Source: Massalongia carnosa
Taxonomy: Eukaryota
Length of the DNA stretch: 64,000 nucleotides
NCBI GenBank assembly: GCA_965645245.1
Contig: OZ287082.1
Location: 1,550,001-1,614,000, forward strand
Direction: 5' to 3'
Shown: one piece after another, positions 34,628 to 47,376 of the stretch
How positions within the stretch are numbered: the stretch's first letter is position 1
How the letters are laid out: the number at the start of each line of letters is the position of its first letter
The notes under the pieces: model-generated
Told to the model about the DNA's origin: nothing
What the model saw: only the letters and a program-made list of their open reading frames with translations
The model's database searches: none
Made by a program: the position numbers and the translations under genes

Positions 34628-36530
34628 ATCGTGCCACGCCTCATCCCCTAGCGGGGGTGCTGGCTACCCAAATAACGTACACAACCCATATGACGTTTTT
34701 TTCGATTTTTAACTTCAACTATTCAACGATCACCATTCAACAACACAATGCCTACCAATTATGAAGAATTGGAGCATCATATTCAGGATGCCCTGGATGC
34801 TATTGGCGATGGCGAATACCGCTTTGCAACCGATGCTGCCGTCGCATTCAACGTCAAAGTCTGAACTCTTCGGAGACGCATTGCTGGAACCCATACTTCC
34901 TTCTTTGAACGTGAGCCTCATGGTCATGCTCTAACTGACGATTAAAGAGGTGCAATAGTCATATATTTGACAAGACTGGATAAACTATCGATTTCTGCGC
35001 CCATCAGGCATCTGCGGGGTACAGCAAATTACCTTCTTGCTCAAGCGAATCCTGTCGATCCTACCCGAGTCGGACAGCACTGGCCAGCACGATTTCTAGC
35101 TCAGCACCCTCAATTTCATAGGAGGAAGCAGACACCTCTTGCAGTCGAAAGGAAGACTTCCCTACAAACGATGTTGCAAAGGCTTACTTCCATGAATTTC
35201 GTCAAATTTGTCACGAGAAGGGGATCGGACCCGAAGATATTTGGAACATAGACGAGTCAGGCTTTCGGATAGGCGTTGGCAGGGGTTATACTGTTATCAC
35301 ATTGCTTGCCAAAGGTCCTGTTCATGTTACTGATCCGGGTGTACGTGATCTGATCAGTGACGTTGAAAGTATTAGTGGTGGAGGAGCGACGATCCCTCCG
35401 ATGCCCATCGTGCCCGGAGTTTATATTCTAAATAAATGGGTGCAAGAAAACGACCTCGACGACGATGTACTGCTTGCTACTACTTCCTCTGGGTATTCCG
35501 ATGATGTTAAGGCTTATGAGTGGATACAGCACTTTGAAAAACATAGTCGGAAGACCCAGGTAGGTGGCTGGAGACTCCTCATCATGGACAATTATGGATC
35601 TCATCTTACATACGAATTTATTGAGTACTGCAATCACAAGAATATCATCTTGTTCGGTCTTCCCCCGCATTCTACATATGTTACTCAGCCATTGGATGTG
35701 GGAATATTTCAGCCCATGAAGCATTATTATTCCGTAATTGACGATGCTGTTCGACTCGGGAGCGACAATTTCAACAAACATGACTTTTTTGCCGCTTTCA
35801 CAGACATGTGAGCAAAGGCCTTTACTAGATCAAATATTCTATCGGCCTTTGAACACACTGGTCTAATTCCTTACTCACCTAAGATAGTGCTAGATAAAAT
35901 AATTGGCTGGCAACCCCCTTCAAAGGAGCCAACTCCGGACCCTTTCGGCTCGTCACCATCCTTTCAAGGCACTCCACATGGTCCTAAGCAGTTGTTTAGA
36001 CGCGGAAGGGAGTTACAAAGAGGTCTAGAAGACTTTTATCTGCCCGAGGATCGTCATAAAAAGATGGATGAATATTTAAAGGGGTCGCTCGAAGCTGCGA
36101 ATTCGCTAGCGTTGGCGGAGTGAGACATTGCAGCCACTCAAAATCATCACAAACAACGCTCAAAAAGAGAAGCACGAGATGGATCGCTTGCTCAAAAGGG
36201 CGGTGTTATAACTGTGGGCGACACATGAGGAAAAAGTAAGGCCTGGAGGATAGAGAAAGCGGCTAAACATAATAGAGCGAAGGAGCGGCAAGAGAGGATC
36301 GATGCAAATGCACGAAATAAGTGGAATAAACAGTGCGCTAAAGGCTTCAAATTGATAGGTTAGAAAGCTGATCAGTGGATCAACACCTGGATAGAGTTAT
36401 TGGATATAGAATATGAGGATAGGGCTACCTTTGAGGAGGTAATAGAACTTTTTAATTAAAAACGTCATATAGGTGGTGTACGTCATTTGGGTGGCCAGCA
36501 CCCCCGCTAGGGGATGAGGTGTGGCACGAT
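34628..36530 (+). mobile_element. Fot1/pogo-like DNA transposon (decayed)
   Basis: ~70-bp TIR ATCGTGCCAC(G/A)CCTCATCCCCTAGCGGGGGTGCTGG, TA flanks; WNIDESGF, IMDNYGSH and TQPLDVGIF. Confidence 0.92.
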
Positions 36531-36532
36531 TA

Positions 36533-37867
36533 CAGTACTAGGTCAAAAGTTTCCGACAGCCCCACCATCAACTTTTTACCCCCCACTGCTTTGAATTATC
36601 AACAGTCACGTTGTTATTTTGATGTCTTGAAACTTCCTACGATAATTACATACATTATAGCAAGCACATTGGGCTGAGAAATATATTTTTAATATTTCGT
36701 ATAGCATTCTTTTGACTGGATGCAAGCTTCAATCCTCCTTTTCATGCTGTCTACTAAACTCTTCAGCATTTCCTCATTTATCAAGGCCCATGCTTCTTCC
36801 AAAGCTTTCCAAAGTACCTCGCGGACCCTATCATCACTACCAGTCACCGAGTCGATATCCGGATTGACCTGATAGACGAGCTTTTTGAGCACGTACTAAA
36901 CGTACTCGATGGGATTCAAATCAGGAGAATAAGGGGGCCAATCGATGACTGTTATACCGTTTTCATCGAACCATTTCTTCACCTTTTTGGCAGTGTAAAT
37001 GGGGGCATTATCCTGCATGAAAATGAGACCTGGTTCCCAAATTCCAAGCAGATTATCGTTCAATAATTCCAAATATGAATTCGCGGAGTACCCAATCTTC
37101 TTTGCCTCGAAATCACGGGCCAATTTGTAGATATCCGACCTTCCCCCCCCCCAAAAAGCCCCCCATACCATGACCTTGACCTCTTTACCTTTTCCGTACG
37201 GTTGTATCATAGATTTTTTCCATTTTTCGTCCGGAAATCTGAACACCCATTGACGCTATTTGCCCGACCCCTTTTCCACCGAGCACTCGTCTGACCATAT
37301 TATTTTTGACCACTGCTCAAAAGTCCACTCACGCCGAAGCAAGCACCAGTCCAGTCTCTTCTTTGCCACCTCGGGCGCCAATAAAGGCCGCTTTTAGCCA
37401 GCCAGTTTGTTAGACCATAGTCTTTGAGCGTCCGATAGAGAGTGGATCGACTACATTGCACCCCAACCTCCGTACGCAGCTGCGCGTAGGTGATGCGTGG
37501 ATTGATTCGTGCAAGTTTGATGATACATCTTCGGTCGCGGTCCGAGAATATTCCAGGCCGACCCGATCGCGATTTGGACTTTCCGTTGTTGCGTTCTGAG
37601 TGCTTTTGAAGAGTGTAAATGAGGGTGGTTCGAGGCACATTTAATGTCTTTGCAATTTCGGCCGATGCATGCCCTAAAGCCTGGGCTCCAATAATCATAC
37701 CTCTTTGATATTGATTCAATTCGATATTACGAAGCTAATTACCAGAGATTTAAGTCAACGGAGTGCGTGGCATGGTGAAATGATGAGGTTAAAGTTGATG
37801 GATTGGTAGGTTAAAACGCGAAATCACGAAAATCGCGGGTAGTGTCGGAAACTTTTGACACGGGACG
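36533..37867 (-). mobile_element. Tc1/impala-like DNA transposon related to 20166-21503
   Basis: TIR CAGTACTAGGTCAAAAGTTTCCGACA, TA flanks; WSDECSV, MQDNAP and WPPYSPDLNPIE; frameshifts. Confidence 0.93.
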
Positions 37868-39185
37868 TAGGCCCTTTTGGTACGGGTAGGGATTCTAATA
37901 ATCCGAAGGGCTTATGTCTGCATCGGGAAATCGGGAGATGACTAATAGATCTTGATGATTAAATATTCGACTCCGTGGTTTCTTTAGTCTTTATTCGTCA
38001 ACCTTTAGTCAGTTGCCTTTATCTGTTGTACGTCTTTTCGTCATATTAGTCAGTGCAACCTGCATCTCAACAAATAATCGTCGCTCTGTCTTTACTTCTC
38101 GTCTCGATAAGCTTTATTATTCTCTTTACCTCGACCTTTTAATAATTCAGTCGTATATTATCCACACTATCCTATCTTTACGTCCTCTTTATCCGTTGCA
38201 GAGTAATTTTAGTTGTACAGCTGCTCTCTTTACATGTCGCATCGTCATACATTGACTTCGTTACAGCTTTTGTATCTTGCGTATAAAATATCTTTATAAT
38301 GCGCAACCCACCTTGCATGTCTCATCGAAGATTAAGTTACGCACATTTAGTTCTCGAAGATCAACAGAGTTCTAATTGCTTTCTCTATATTTGTATATTG
38401 TATCAATGTTCAAGTGTTTTGTTAGCTATCGTGAGGTCGTGTTATACTGACGGGTCGAGGGAACTGTGTGTTAGGAAGCCTGTTAGCTGGCAATCAGTTT
38501 CCTTACTGTAGTGCGATGACGCTCAATTCGAAGCGATTAAGCTTGAGTTATGGTTAGGGATTAAGAACAGCGGTCTTTTGGGGCAAAACTGGCAAACGAC
38601 GGGCTCTCGAACCTCGCTGGACGGGATGTCATGTTGCATTTGTGGTCCGTCACATCCTGTACTACTCTAATTATCGATTCAATGAAATAATTTAACCTAC
38701 TGCATAGATGAAACATTAAGTGAATACCGACGTTCAAAATAACAGTCGCAGCGCTCACGATAACTACTGGAAGACTACGAACTATCTACATATGACTCGG
38801 GATCACGGGCATTGGAGACTTTATCGTTTGAGACTTTTGAGGTTTGACATACTGAACCTTTTACAGAGATGATCTACGGTAAGCTAACATCAACTAATCC
38901 TAATCTAACAGCTAATAGGATTTTCTTGATCTAACAGGGTTTTCTTGATCTAACAGGGGCTGTTTTAATCTAACAGGAACCGTTAGCATATCATAACAAA
39001 GTCAACGATCCTAACACGCTAGATTTGGTTGCAATGGCAAACTTGTTCATTTTACTTTTCGCGTCGAGCTCTTCTACTTTGCTCGTTTCCCAAACCCACA
39101 GGTATTGCATATTCCTTGTTGCTTCTTTTTTTCAACAATGTCAACATCAAAGACAACCACTATCAACAACCCACAAAGAATTACA

Positions 39186-40840
39186 ATGGTACGAACCTCC
39201 ACAGGATGTATAGAAACCAACGCGTATCGGCTGACTTTGCTTTTCCTTCGAGAACTCTCAGGATTTTGATGATTCGCCTTCCGAGGAAGACTTGCCTGCA
39301 TTGGCACAACTAAAACGCTCTCGTGCACAATTTGAGGGAAATAAGACTTACAGAGACAACAAACGCTCACATCGCCTGCCTTGTGTGGACGAGTTGGCTG
39401 AATCTAACTTAGTACTGGCAACGACTCAAGCGATGCGAGTTTCCAGCCAAGTGTAAGCAGTACAGTCATGAATGCATGTATCGGGTTCTGACCTAGAACA
39501 GAAAACGCCGATAACTAAGTATGTGGCGAGGACATTACCGGCCGGCGCAGGCCGCGGTATTCAATACAGCCCAAGTTCTCCATCTCGAAGGAGCTCCTTA
39601 CGAAGAGAAACGTTCCCTTCGTCTTGATCGAGAAACCCTTCCCGCGCGCTGGATAATATCTTGTCACCTTCACAAATACGCACTCGTCGGGTTTGCCTGC
39701 GACACTGTCCTCGCAAACTCTCGAGATCTCAAAGGTCCTCCCGATCAAGTCTACTTTCGGCACAAGGGCTGGCATAACGGAGGACGAGACAGTCTCGAAA
39801 TCAAAAAAATATATGCTTATCGTTTACTCTGGGGTGACATATCAAGGCGAACCAAGTTCAACTCTAGCCCTGCTCATCAACCAATACTATGTGCCATGAT
39901 TCCTTTTTTTCAACGCTCTGATAAAGTCCGGACACATGGTTGAATTATGTTCGCCTTGGGCGAACACACAGAAGCCTCGATTGAGCAAATTAATGAGTCG
40001 TACTTGGCGGGACCTTGCGAAGCGTCTCGGTGACCTTCCTTGCAACCGGAACGTCGATGTAGCAGAACTTCCCACCGCCAAAGAGGCTCGCAAGGTAGGA
40101 GAGGTCTTACAACGGATTTGTACATATAAAAACTAATCTGAGACTAGATTTATGATTCGACAACGGACTTTCGCTCTCAAATGTTGAGCAAAGTGAGCTT
40201 GCTTGTGGCTAACGAATACCGTTCTCAGTTCAGAGCGACTGTCGAATATTCGGGTCCACTTTGCTAGACGATCTTAATTTTCTGTGCGAAGATTTATCAA
40301 CGGTTAGTATGTCCTAGTTATCTTGATATAGAGTTTAACTAACTCGTGAGTAGGCTCCGAAAAAGCAGTTTATCGCGCCTATCTTGATAAAGGCAATAAC
40401 TCTGATATTCTTCAATAACGACAATGACTGCAGTTATGGACGCAATACCGACACTGCGTATTTGTTCAATCCACTTCGAGGAGAAGTGATCGTATTGATA
40501 GCAACTCTAACTCAACATGCTATTGGAGAGTATGAATACGGGCAAAAAAAGGTACAGGCTTTTGATAGGTCACAGCGAGAGAGTAATTTTGTACCAATAT
40601 AATCTTTGCTGAGTTGAGGCATTAATACTGAAAACAATCTATACTCGAATGACGAACACCTGGAATAAACAGTCCTCAGAGAGAAAGATGTTGTTACAAA
40701 GAATCATTCATCGGCGGGTTATGCGTCAGACTGGACAAAGAGATGGGGACTTTTCGGCGGTCACAAAAGCTGTGCACAATCCATTTGCCACTTCTATTGA
40801 CGATCTTGTAGATCTTGATGCAGGAGATGAAATGACAAAG
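39186..40840 (+). pseudogene. Multi-intron DUF6532-like gene, copy 2 (start uncertain)
   Basis: Predicted introns near 39453, 40094, 40304 and 40583. Spliced product ..FRSQMLSKVSLLVANEY..LLDDLNFLCEDL..FIAPILIKAITLIFF..SYG..LFNPLRGEVIVLIATLTQHAIGEYEYG..F. Family assignment is from recalled motif pattern only. Confidence 0.55.
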
Positions 40841-41175
40841 TCGGTCAGGTCGACAGCGCGGCTTTCTTCCTTGACATCTTCGTGTAGAACTTCGATCGTT
40901 CGTTGCGAGGAGGTGGATTCGGGTTTTTCGGTATGTCTTGATTGATATTATGCTTTGGAATTATCAGTAACAACAATAGAAGGAAACCTCTTCACCTAGA
41001 CCGTCGCAGTTGACGAGCCACGAGGTATGCAATCTTATTAACCGCGTTCTAACGTGCTATTAACATCTCTACTAGAATTCTTCGCAACGTGGGCCCTCAC
41101 AATTAAAGCACAGCGCATCAAGTTCATCCTTCGTAAGAATTCGCTTTGTTTGTAGAATATCTGTCAGTCTAACAG

Positions 41176-41565
41176 TTGCGTTGGAAACAGATTAACGGCA
41201 AGATATCGTCAACTCCAACTCCACTCGTGCAAGACGCAATCGTGACGACAGATTCGGGTCAAGAATTTGCGGTAGATTACGATTTACGCATGGGGAAAGA
41301 CTGGCGGATTCGGATGAGGTATGATGCAACGTGGAAGGAGTGGCAGACTGCTGTGGGAATGAAAGATGGAGAGTCGTTCTGGTATACTGTACCAACATTT
41401 CCCGAGGCCGTATTGAGGTTTGAGGAGGAATATAGTTCGTTTTTGGATCGGGTGGAACAGGTGCATAGAGTAATGATACATACTGGGCGCAATCTCAAGC
41501 AGATGAAGACTCTGCGAGGGAGGACGACAATATGGGAGAACTCACATAACATTTATTTTACCTAA
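41176..41565 (+). CDS. Orphan ORF/last exon, second cargo gene of the TIR element
   Basis: 129 open codons after a CTAACAG acceptor; conserved with 19444-19833. Confidence 0.5.
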   Translation: MRWKQINGKISSTPTPLVQDAIVTTDSGQEFAVDYDLRMGKDWRIRMRYDATWKEWQTAVGMKDGESFWYTVPTFPEAVLRFEEEYSSFLDRVEQVHRVMIHTGRNLKQMKTLRGRTTIWENSHNIYFT

Positions 41566-41950
41566 ATCTTGATAATATAATTGACTGGTCTGTCTTTATT
41601 GTCGTATCTTGCAGCATCAAGCGCTCGAAAAGGAAACATAAGCAGTGTATTTTGAAGATTTGTTACAATCGTTACTAAAACAACAAGTTAATTAATGAAA
41701 TTATTGGATTCAAATGCTTATAATGACACAAAAGAGTCAATATAACAATTATCATCATTGGACAAAGAAAGGTAAAGGTAATCATTAGTCAAAGAGCAAC
41801 TGTTTACACGTCAAATGTTTGACTATTCGTCAAGCGCCTATGTCAAACGTGGGCGCAATCGGCATTATCTAGAACATTTCGGCTAATTGACTAATGTAGC
41901 CTATTAGTCGACCATTTGACCAATTCGCGAGTCCTCCCGATTTCCCGATG

Positions 41951-43047
41951 TGGACGATTTGACTTGATGACAACGAGTACACGTTTCTACATAATGCTTG
42001 ATGTCCTTGACCATTTCGGGCCAATAATATTTCCTCTGGATCAATTCCAACGTTCTGGAATAACCAAAGTGGCCCGCATTGGGATCATTATGATTCTGCC
42101 GCAAATGTTCAGCACGTAAATTCCTTCAGTGGTTTGTTGGGCCTGCGCAGTACTCCGACAATTTTTGTCGACAACGGGTGGACTCATCAAATTGCGATTT
42201 GCCCCGTCTGATAATTCATTTATAGTAGATTCCCAATCCATAGCATCGTCAGCTACTTGAGATTCATCATTCACAAGGGCCATTGTCCAATTTGACGTAA
42301 TGAGCTCCTCTATCCCACCCCGATTCCCCTCCGAGACCCCCCCGAATCTTCCAGGAATTATAGCTCCGGCTTGATGAGACAAGTCGTGCCTTTCTTTTCA
42401 TATAATCCGGGCGTCTAGAGGGTCCATCAGCTGGATTATGACGACCTGGACGATATTCAATGACGAGATCGAGACTAGAAAGTCTTTCCCACCATCTCGC
42501 CTCTCGTCTAGATAAAATTTTTGTGGTAAGAAAGGTACGAAGATTACAATGATCGGTTATTACCCGAATCGAATGTATCGCCCACTCAAGATAATGTCTC
42601 CACTCCTTACATGCTTCAACAATGGCCAACATTTCTGTTTCGCCAATACCGTAGTTTAATTTGGCTGCATGCATTTTTCTTGACCAAAAAACAATAGGAT
42701 GCCACTGTCCCGTCGATTCAACCAATTGTGATAAAATAGCTGAAATTGCGACTCCGGACGCGTCCGTCTCTAATTGTATTTTCCGCTTAGGGTCAAAATG
42801 CAATATCATAGGAGCGGTGTTAAAAGCATGCTTGAGACGACGAAATGATTCTCTTGCTTCTTCGGTGAATGAGAATTTAATATCGAACTTTCCTTTCTTT
42901 TCCCCTTTTAGTAGCGTCGTTAAGGCGGCCACAATGCGCGAGAATTTCGTTGATAAATCGCCTATAGAAATTTGCAAACCCGAGAAATACTTGAACATCT
43001 CGATAATTTTTGGCTTCAGGCCAATTTATAATCGTCGCCACCTGAGA
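41951..43047 (-). pseudogene. pol: Gypsy B RT-thumb, RNase H and integrase zinc finger
   Basis: VFLGFANFYRRF, LETDASG, EMLAIV, TDHCNL and HNDPNAGH..CTRC. Confidence 0.92.
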
Positions 43048-44077
43048 TGTAATACGGATGGCGCTAGAAGAATACGTGATCGCCTACGGCGGTTGCAGGA
43101 TTAACTAGCATGAGCCAGGCCGTAGTACTTAGTCGCATAGCCGTCGAGGCTGACACGACGCCACCTTGCCACACAACTCCGAATTAGTTGTTACTACGTT
43201 CTAGACTGCTTACAGATTAAACACCTGTCGAGGCCGTGGTGGTAGATTGCCATGGAGTAAGGCGAACTCCTGTGGAGAAGCCGTGAACTTTATATGGAAT
43301 CTACTGGCCTACTCGGAGCTACTCGATCTCTTGATGGATCAAGAGTTGTAGCAGGAGGCACGGCTAGCTGGACGCAGCTTGAGCTCGGCCTCCCCGGTGT
43401 AAACTTCAGCTTCCACCTTTATTGCTACGTTGTTAGTGATGTCGGCTGAATGACCCTACATGACCTTGTGGTCTAGACCTTGTGTCTAGAGGCAGGTCCG
43501 CAGTGTAGATAGAGATTCAGTCGGAGGTAACCTTCCATCGCTACGTTGGTAGTGGTGACGGCGAAATGAAGCTACATAGCCTCGGCGTCTAAACTTTATG
43601 TTTAGAGGCGGGCTAGCAATGTAGTGAGGGATCTAGCCGGAGGTAGAAGTGTTCTACCTTGCAAGGGAAGGTCTAGAAGGCTGCTCGAGGCTGACTAGAT
43701 GATCCAGCGAACGCCGAGTTCGTAGATGGATCCTGAGGGATGGTTAGATGTAAGACGATAAGGTCAGAAGTGGGTTGCAAGGCTCCAAGGTTCCAAGGCT
43801 CCCAAGGCTATATATAGGCTTGGGGTGAGTAGGATAAATACCAGAACGAATCCTGTAGTATTCGTTAGCAATTAGTCTTTTTTCTATGAACAAACTACGT
43901 TTGGGTCTCGGACGAGATCTCTTGCTCTAAGCACTTCCACATTCATTAGTTCTTTGGATCACATATACTCTCGGAGACTAGCACGTAGTAGCTATCTTCC
44001 ACCTCTCACGCTGAGCATTTCCCCTTTCGAGATCAGTGTCGCTCGTGATTAGCTTACTGGTTTCGTAGCCTATTACA
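43048..44077. mobile_element. Long solo LTR or LTR-derived insertion (1030 bp)
   Basis: TGTAATA..TATTACA, TSD TGAGA/CGAGA; removing it restores MDSSR-VATIINWP. Confidence 0.8.
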
Positions 44078-45516
44078 CGAGACGAGTCCATAGATTTACC
44101 ATTCCGATTTACAATAAATCCCAGAAATTCAATTTCAGTCTGGTCAAAGAGGCACTTGGATAATTTCACCTGTAGACTGAATTTCCGTAATTTCTCCAGG
44201 AATAGTCGGACATGAAATGTATGATCTTTTATCGATTTGGAGAATATCAAAATGTCGTCCAAGTACACCACTATAAAGTCGTCTAAACATTCCCGTAGGG
44301 CTTCGTTTATGTAGGCCTAGAATGACGCAGGGGCGTTGACTAGTCCGAAAGGCATAACCCGGTATTCAAATTGACCGTACCTGCATCGAAAAGCCGTTTT
44401 CCATTCGTCACCGGCCCGTACCCGGATTTTATGATATGCATCCCGGATATCGAGTATAGTGAAGTAGACGGCGCCAACAAGAACATTTAATAGGTTCATG
44501 ATCAAGGGTAAACGATATCGATTTTTTATGGTAATAGCGTTCAGTCCCCGATAATCAACACATAGTCTCACACCACCATCCTTTTTCTTGACGAATAAAA
44601 TAGGAGCACCGGTCGATGAAGTGCTAGGAACTATAAATCCTTTGGCCAAATATTCGTCGAGGTACTCCCGTAATATTTGTAACTCGGTCAAGGATAAATT
44701 GTATATTGGACCGAATGGAGGCTGTTTTCCTTCCGTATCGATAGCATGATCCTGAGGTCCATGTTCAGGCAACTTCTGTGCATTATCTTTCGAAAAGACG
44801 TCATGGAAATCTGAATATTTGGAAGGGATTTCATTTGTAACCTCCGTCACCGAACCGACTACGGTTCCTGCCCGATCGAGCTTCTCGATATCTAAAAGGA
44901 ATGCCTGAAATCTATCTTTTTCACAAATGTCCCAAATTTTGTCCCTGCTCACCATCGCTACGTCCGCTTGACTACTGGTATTTTTACTTCGGGGGGGGGT
45001 AACCCCCCCGTCTACAGGCCTTTCAGTCTCGAGAGGTAAAATCTCATGCAGACAAGCCCCATCGTCGCCACTTTTGGTCCGACGAACATGGAAAAATTTG
45101 CGCTCATGCCAGCGGATAACCGGGTCCACCCAATTTAACCAGGGTAGGCCTAGTATCATATCCACCCCGAACATGTCAGCACACACGAACTTATGTTCCG
45201 TTCGATCCTCAATACCCCTACTATCAACAACCCCAACTAGTAGGGAGTGATTTCGATAGGTACGCAGAGGTGTTCCATCCAGATTCTTTAAGTCGGACGG
45301 CAGTGGCGAGTCGGGGGTGAATCGGATGCCGAGTTCTTTGACCTTGAGTTGTGACACCAAATTCCACGTCGAACCGCAGTCAATCATGGCCCGGATTCGT
45401 AGTATGACTTGTCCTAGATATAAAGTTATCATAGTAAACAAGTGATTTATTTTTTCACCTCTCTTTTGACGAGCCAACACAATCGAGACAACATCGATTG
45501 ACTCTAGGCTTTTCCC
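44078..45516 (-). pseudogene. pol: Gypsy B protease and RT
   Basis: MIDCGST, LCVDYRGLN, MPFGLVNAP and YLDD; stop at 44317. Confidence 0.93.
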
Positions 45517-46596
45517 GTCTTCCTTGTTGGGGCTCGACAGTCAGATTTTTTGACCCTTCTTACTACAATTCCAACAAGTGATTTTTGGAGAGTCGGTGGT
45601 GTCTTCTCGGGGTCGTTTACGACTCGGGGAGGTAACGGCTGCTTGAGCGGGACTAGCCTTGGAAGTTTCGCTCGTCTTTGAACTCGAGGCCTTGTTGTAG
45701 GTCACGGTTAGTTGGTGACTCGGGGCCCTCTGCGGTCTTTCTTCGTTTGTAGATCGATGGAGACGAGTGGCGTTCCGAACGAAATCGGGTTTAGGTTCCA
45801 CTCTTTCTGCTACTCGGGCCGCTTCAATTAATGCAAGTCGTGTTGTGCCCTGAGAATTAGCTCGAATAATAGCTCTCTGTAGATAATCATGAAGAGAATG
45901 TAGAAGATTACTATGTCTTTGTGATTCGGAAGGTATTTCTGGAAGTTGATCTTCCAGTGTGTCGAGACAAGAAACTAACTCCGACACTGTTTGTCCTGGT
46001 CGTTGTTTTAATTTCTTCAATTGTCCTTCGAGATCCAATAGACGAAGATGTTTTGGTTTCAGCTTTTCCTGGAGAAAGTCAACAAAATATTTCCAGGTAA
46101 GAGAAGATTCATCAAGTGTGGCTTCTCTCTATGCCAGTAATCTGCTGGAGTTCCTCCAATATAATTCTCCCCATACAAGACCTTTGTTGTGTTCTTTCAT
46201 AGGTAATGGGTTTTTGATTGAAGGTACGAAGACATTCTCTGACGAATTGTTCGTAGTCCTTCTGATTAGTTCCTGTATAGGTCTTTGGGTCAGCAGTCTT
46301 GAACGATTTTTCAAGACTCAATGGGTCGATTTCCTTCGGACGAATAGTCAACGTCGTCGGGAGGGGTTCGGCGGGGAATCCGGCGTCGCTGTCTGCTCTG
46401 GCTTTTTCTAGACTAGTAGCCAGCTGGGCGCGTTGTCTTTGGGCGTTTATCTCGTCCAATTCACGTTGCATATCGTCCATGGAGGACAGAGGCGGGTTAG
46501 TCGTCCCGGAGTCGGGCGTGTTTCCACTGTGTCCGACTCGTTGTTTCCAGAGGAATTACCTTTGACCACAGCTGAAGTCGCACGTCGGGGTGCCAT
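45505..46596 (-). pseudogene. gag: Gypsy B gag (frameshifted)
   Basis: ATG 14 nt after the 5' LTR, LKQRPGQTVSE capsid motif and CWNCSKKG knuckle remnant. Confidence 0.8.
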
Positions 46597-46923
46597 AGTA
46601 TCGTCGGGCTGTTACTAGGATATAAGACTGATCAAAATCTAAGGGGTCAAGTCTAACAGCGTGACTACTATATGGATTCGTGATGAATATACGAATAGAG
46701 TGGTAAATCAATAAATTGATCAGTGACCCCTCGAAAGAAGTGGGCGACCAGGTCTTTATGCTATAGCCCCACTTCTTCGGGTCACGAGTCCGTTGATTTA
46801 ATTACAGTGATTATGATTGGTACAATGAAAAGAAGAATACGAACACGAGCCATGTCCTAGTCGGAGATCGGAGCTCGGTTATAACTACCGATTCGCTTAT
46901 GTCAGGACGTGCGTGACCTGACA

Positions 46924-47292
46924 AGAAGAGGAAGAATAGACTGAAAGCAGTCTGAGTTCTCAAGCGCAGCATCTCGTCTGCCTGAGGTGGACGAAATGAG
47001 ACAGACACTGGAGAATATCTTGAAGAAGGGGGAGGAATGGAGTCAATAATACTTTGGACGCTGGGTTAATTTTTTTGGCCGGTTCTTTCAGCACCGAGGG
47101 AGGCAAGACATCTGACTGATCAGGAACCTCAATTTCAATGCCTCTCATAATATTTTATTCAAGAAATTTATAATGTTAAAGTGATGTTCAGGTGATGTTT
47201 AGGTGACATTTAGGTGATGTTTATTTATTTACTACGCGCGAAAAAAAGGGGTAAATTATTTTGATGTTCGTGACTTAGTTAGCCTTATTGTA
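46924..47292 (-). mobile_element. Truncated 5' end of a possible DNA transposon (piggyBac-like?)
   Basis: Short ORF ending ..FRPP..TAFSLFFLF, cut by the LTR; TTAA at 47293-47296. Weak resemblance only. Confidence 0.3.
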
Positions 47293-47376
47293 TTAAACTA
47301 AGCCTATTCGGGGTGGCTGCCATTCTGGCCAACGAAGGGATAACTTTAGGTTTCACCTCCTACATCAACAATAAAC

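Larger units (their letters stand above)
37921..41950 (+). mobile_element. Unclassified TIR DNA element, copy 2 (4030 bp)
   Basis: Perfect 17-bp TIR CATCGGGAAATCGGGAG / CTCCCGATTTCCCGATG flanked by TG/TG. Removing it plus one TG restores Gypsy CHQVKSSRHKPFGLLESLPVP. Confidence 0.92.
28985..46923 (-). mobile_element. Decayed chromoviral Ty3/Gypsy element B, split by several nested insertions
   Basis: LTRs 46610-46923 and 28985-29379; PPT at 29380-29392; gag from 46596; GGGAAAA at 45510-45516. Pol pieces 45480-44078, 43047-41951, 37920-37868, 34627-34468, 31788-31512 and 31298-30625 rejoin in order. TSDs do not match. Confidence 0.9.

Noticed and set aside
1645..41950. Segmental duplication explaining the 1.6-21.6 kb and 37.9-41.9 kb homology
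   Set aside because: Homology stops exactly at TIRs and the flanks are different targets with 2-bp duplications.
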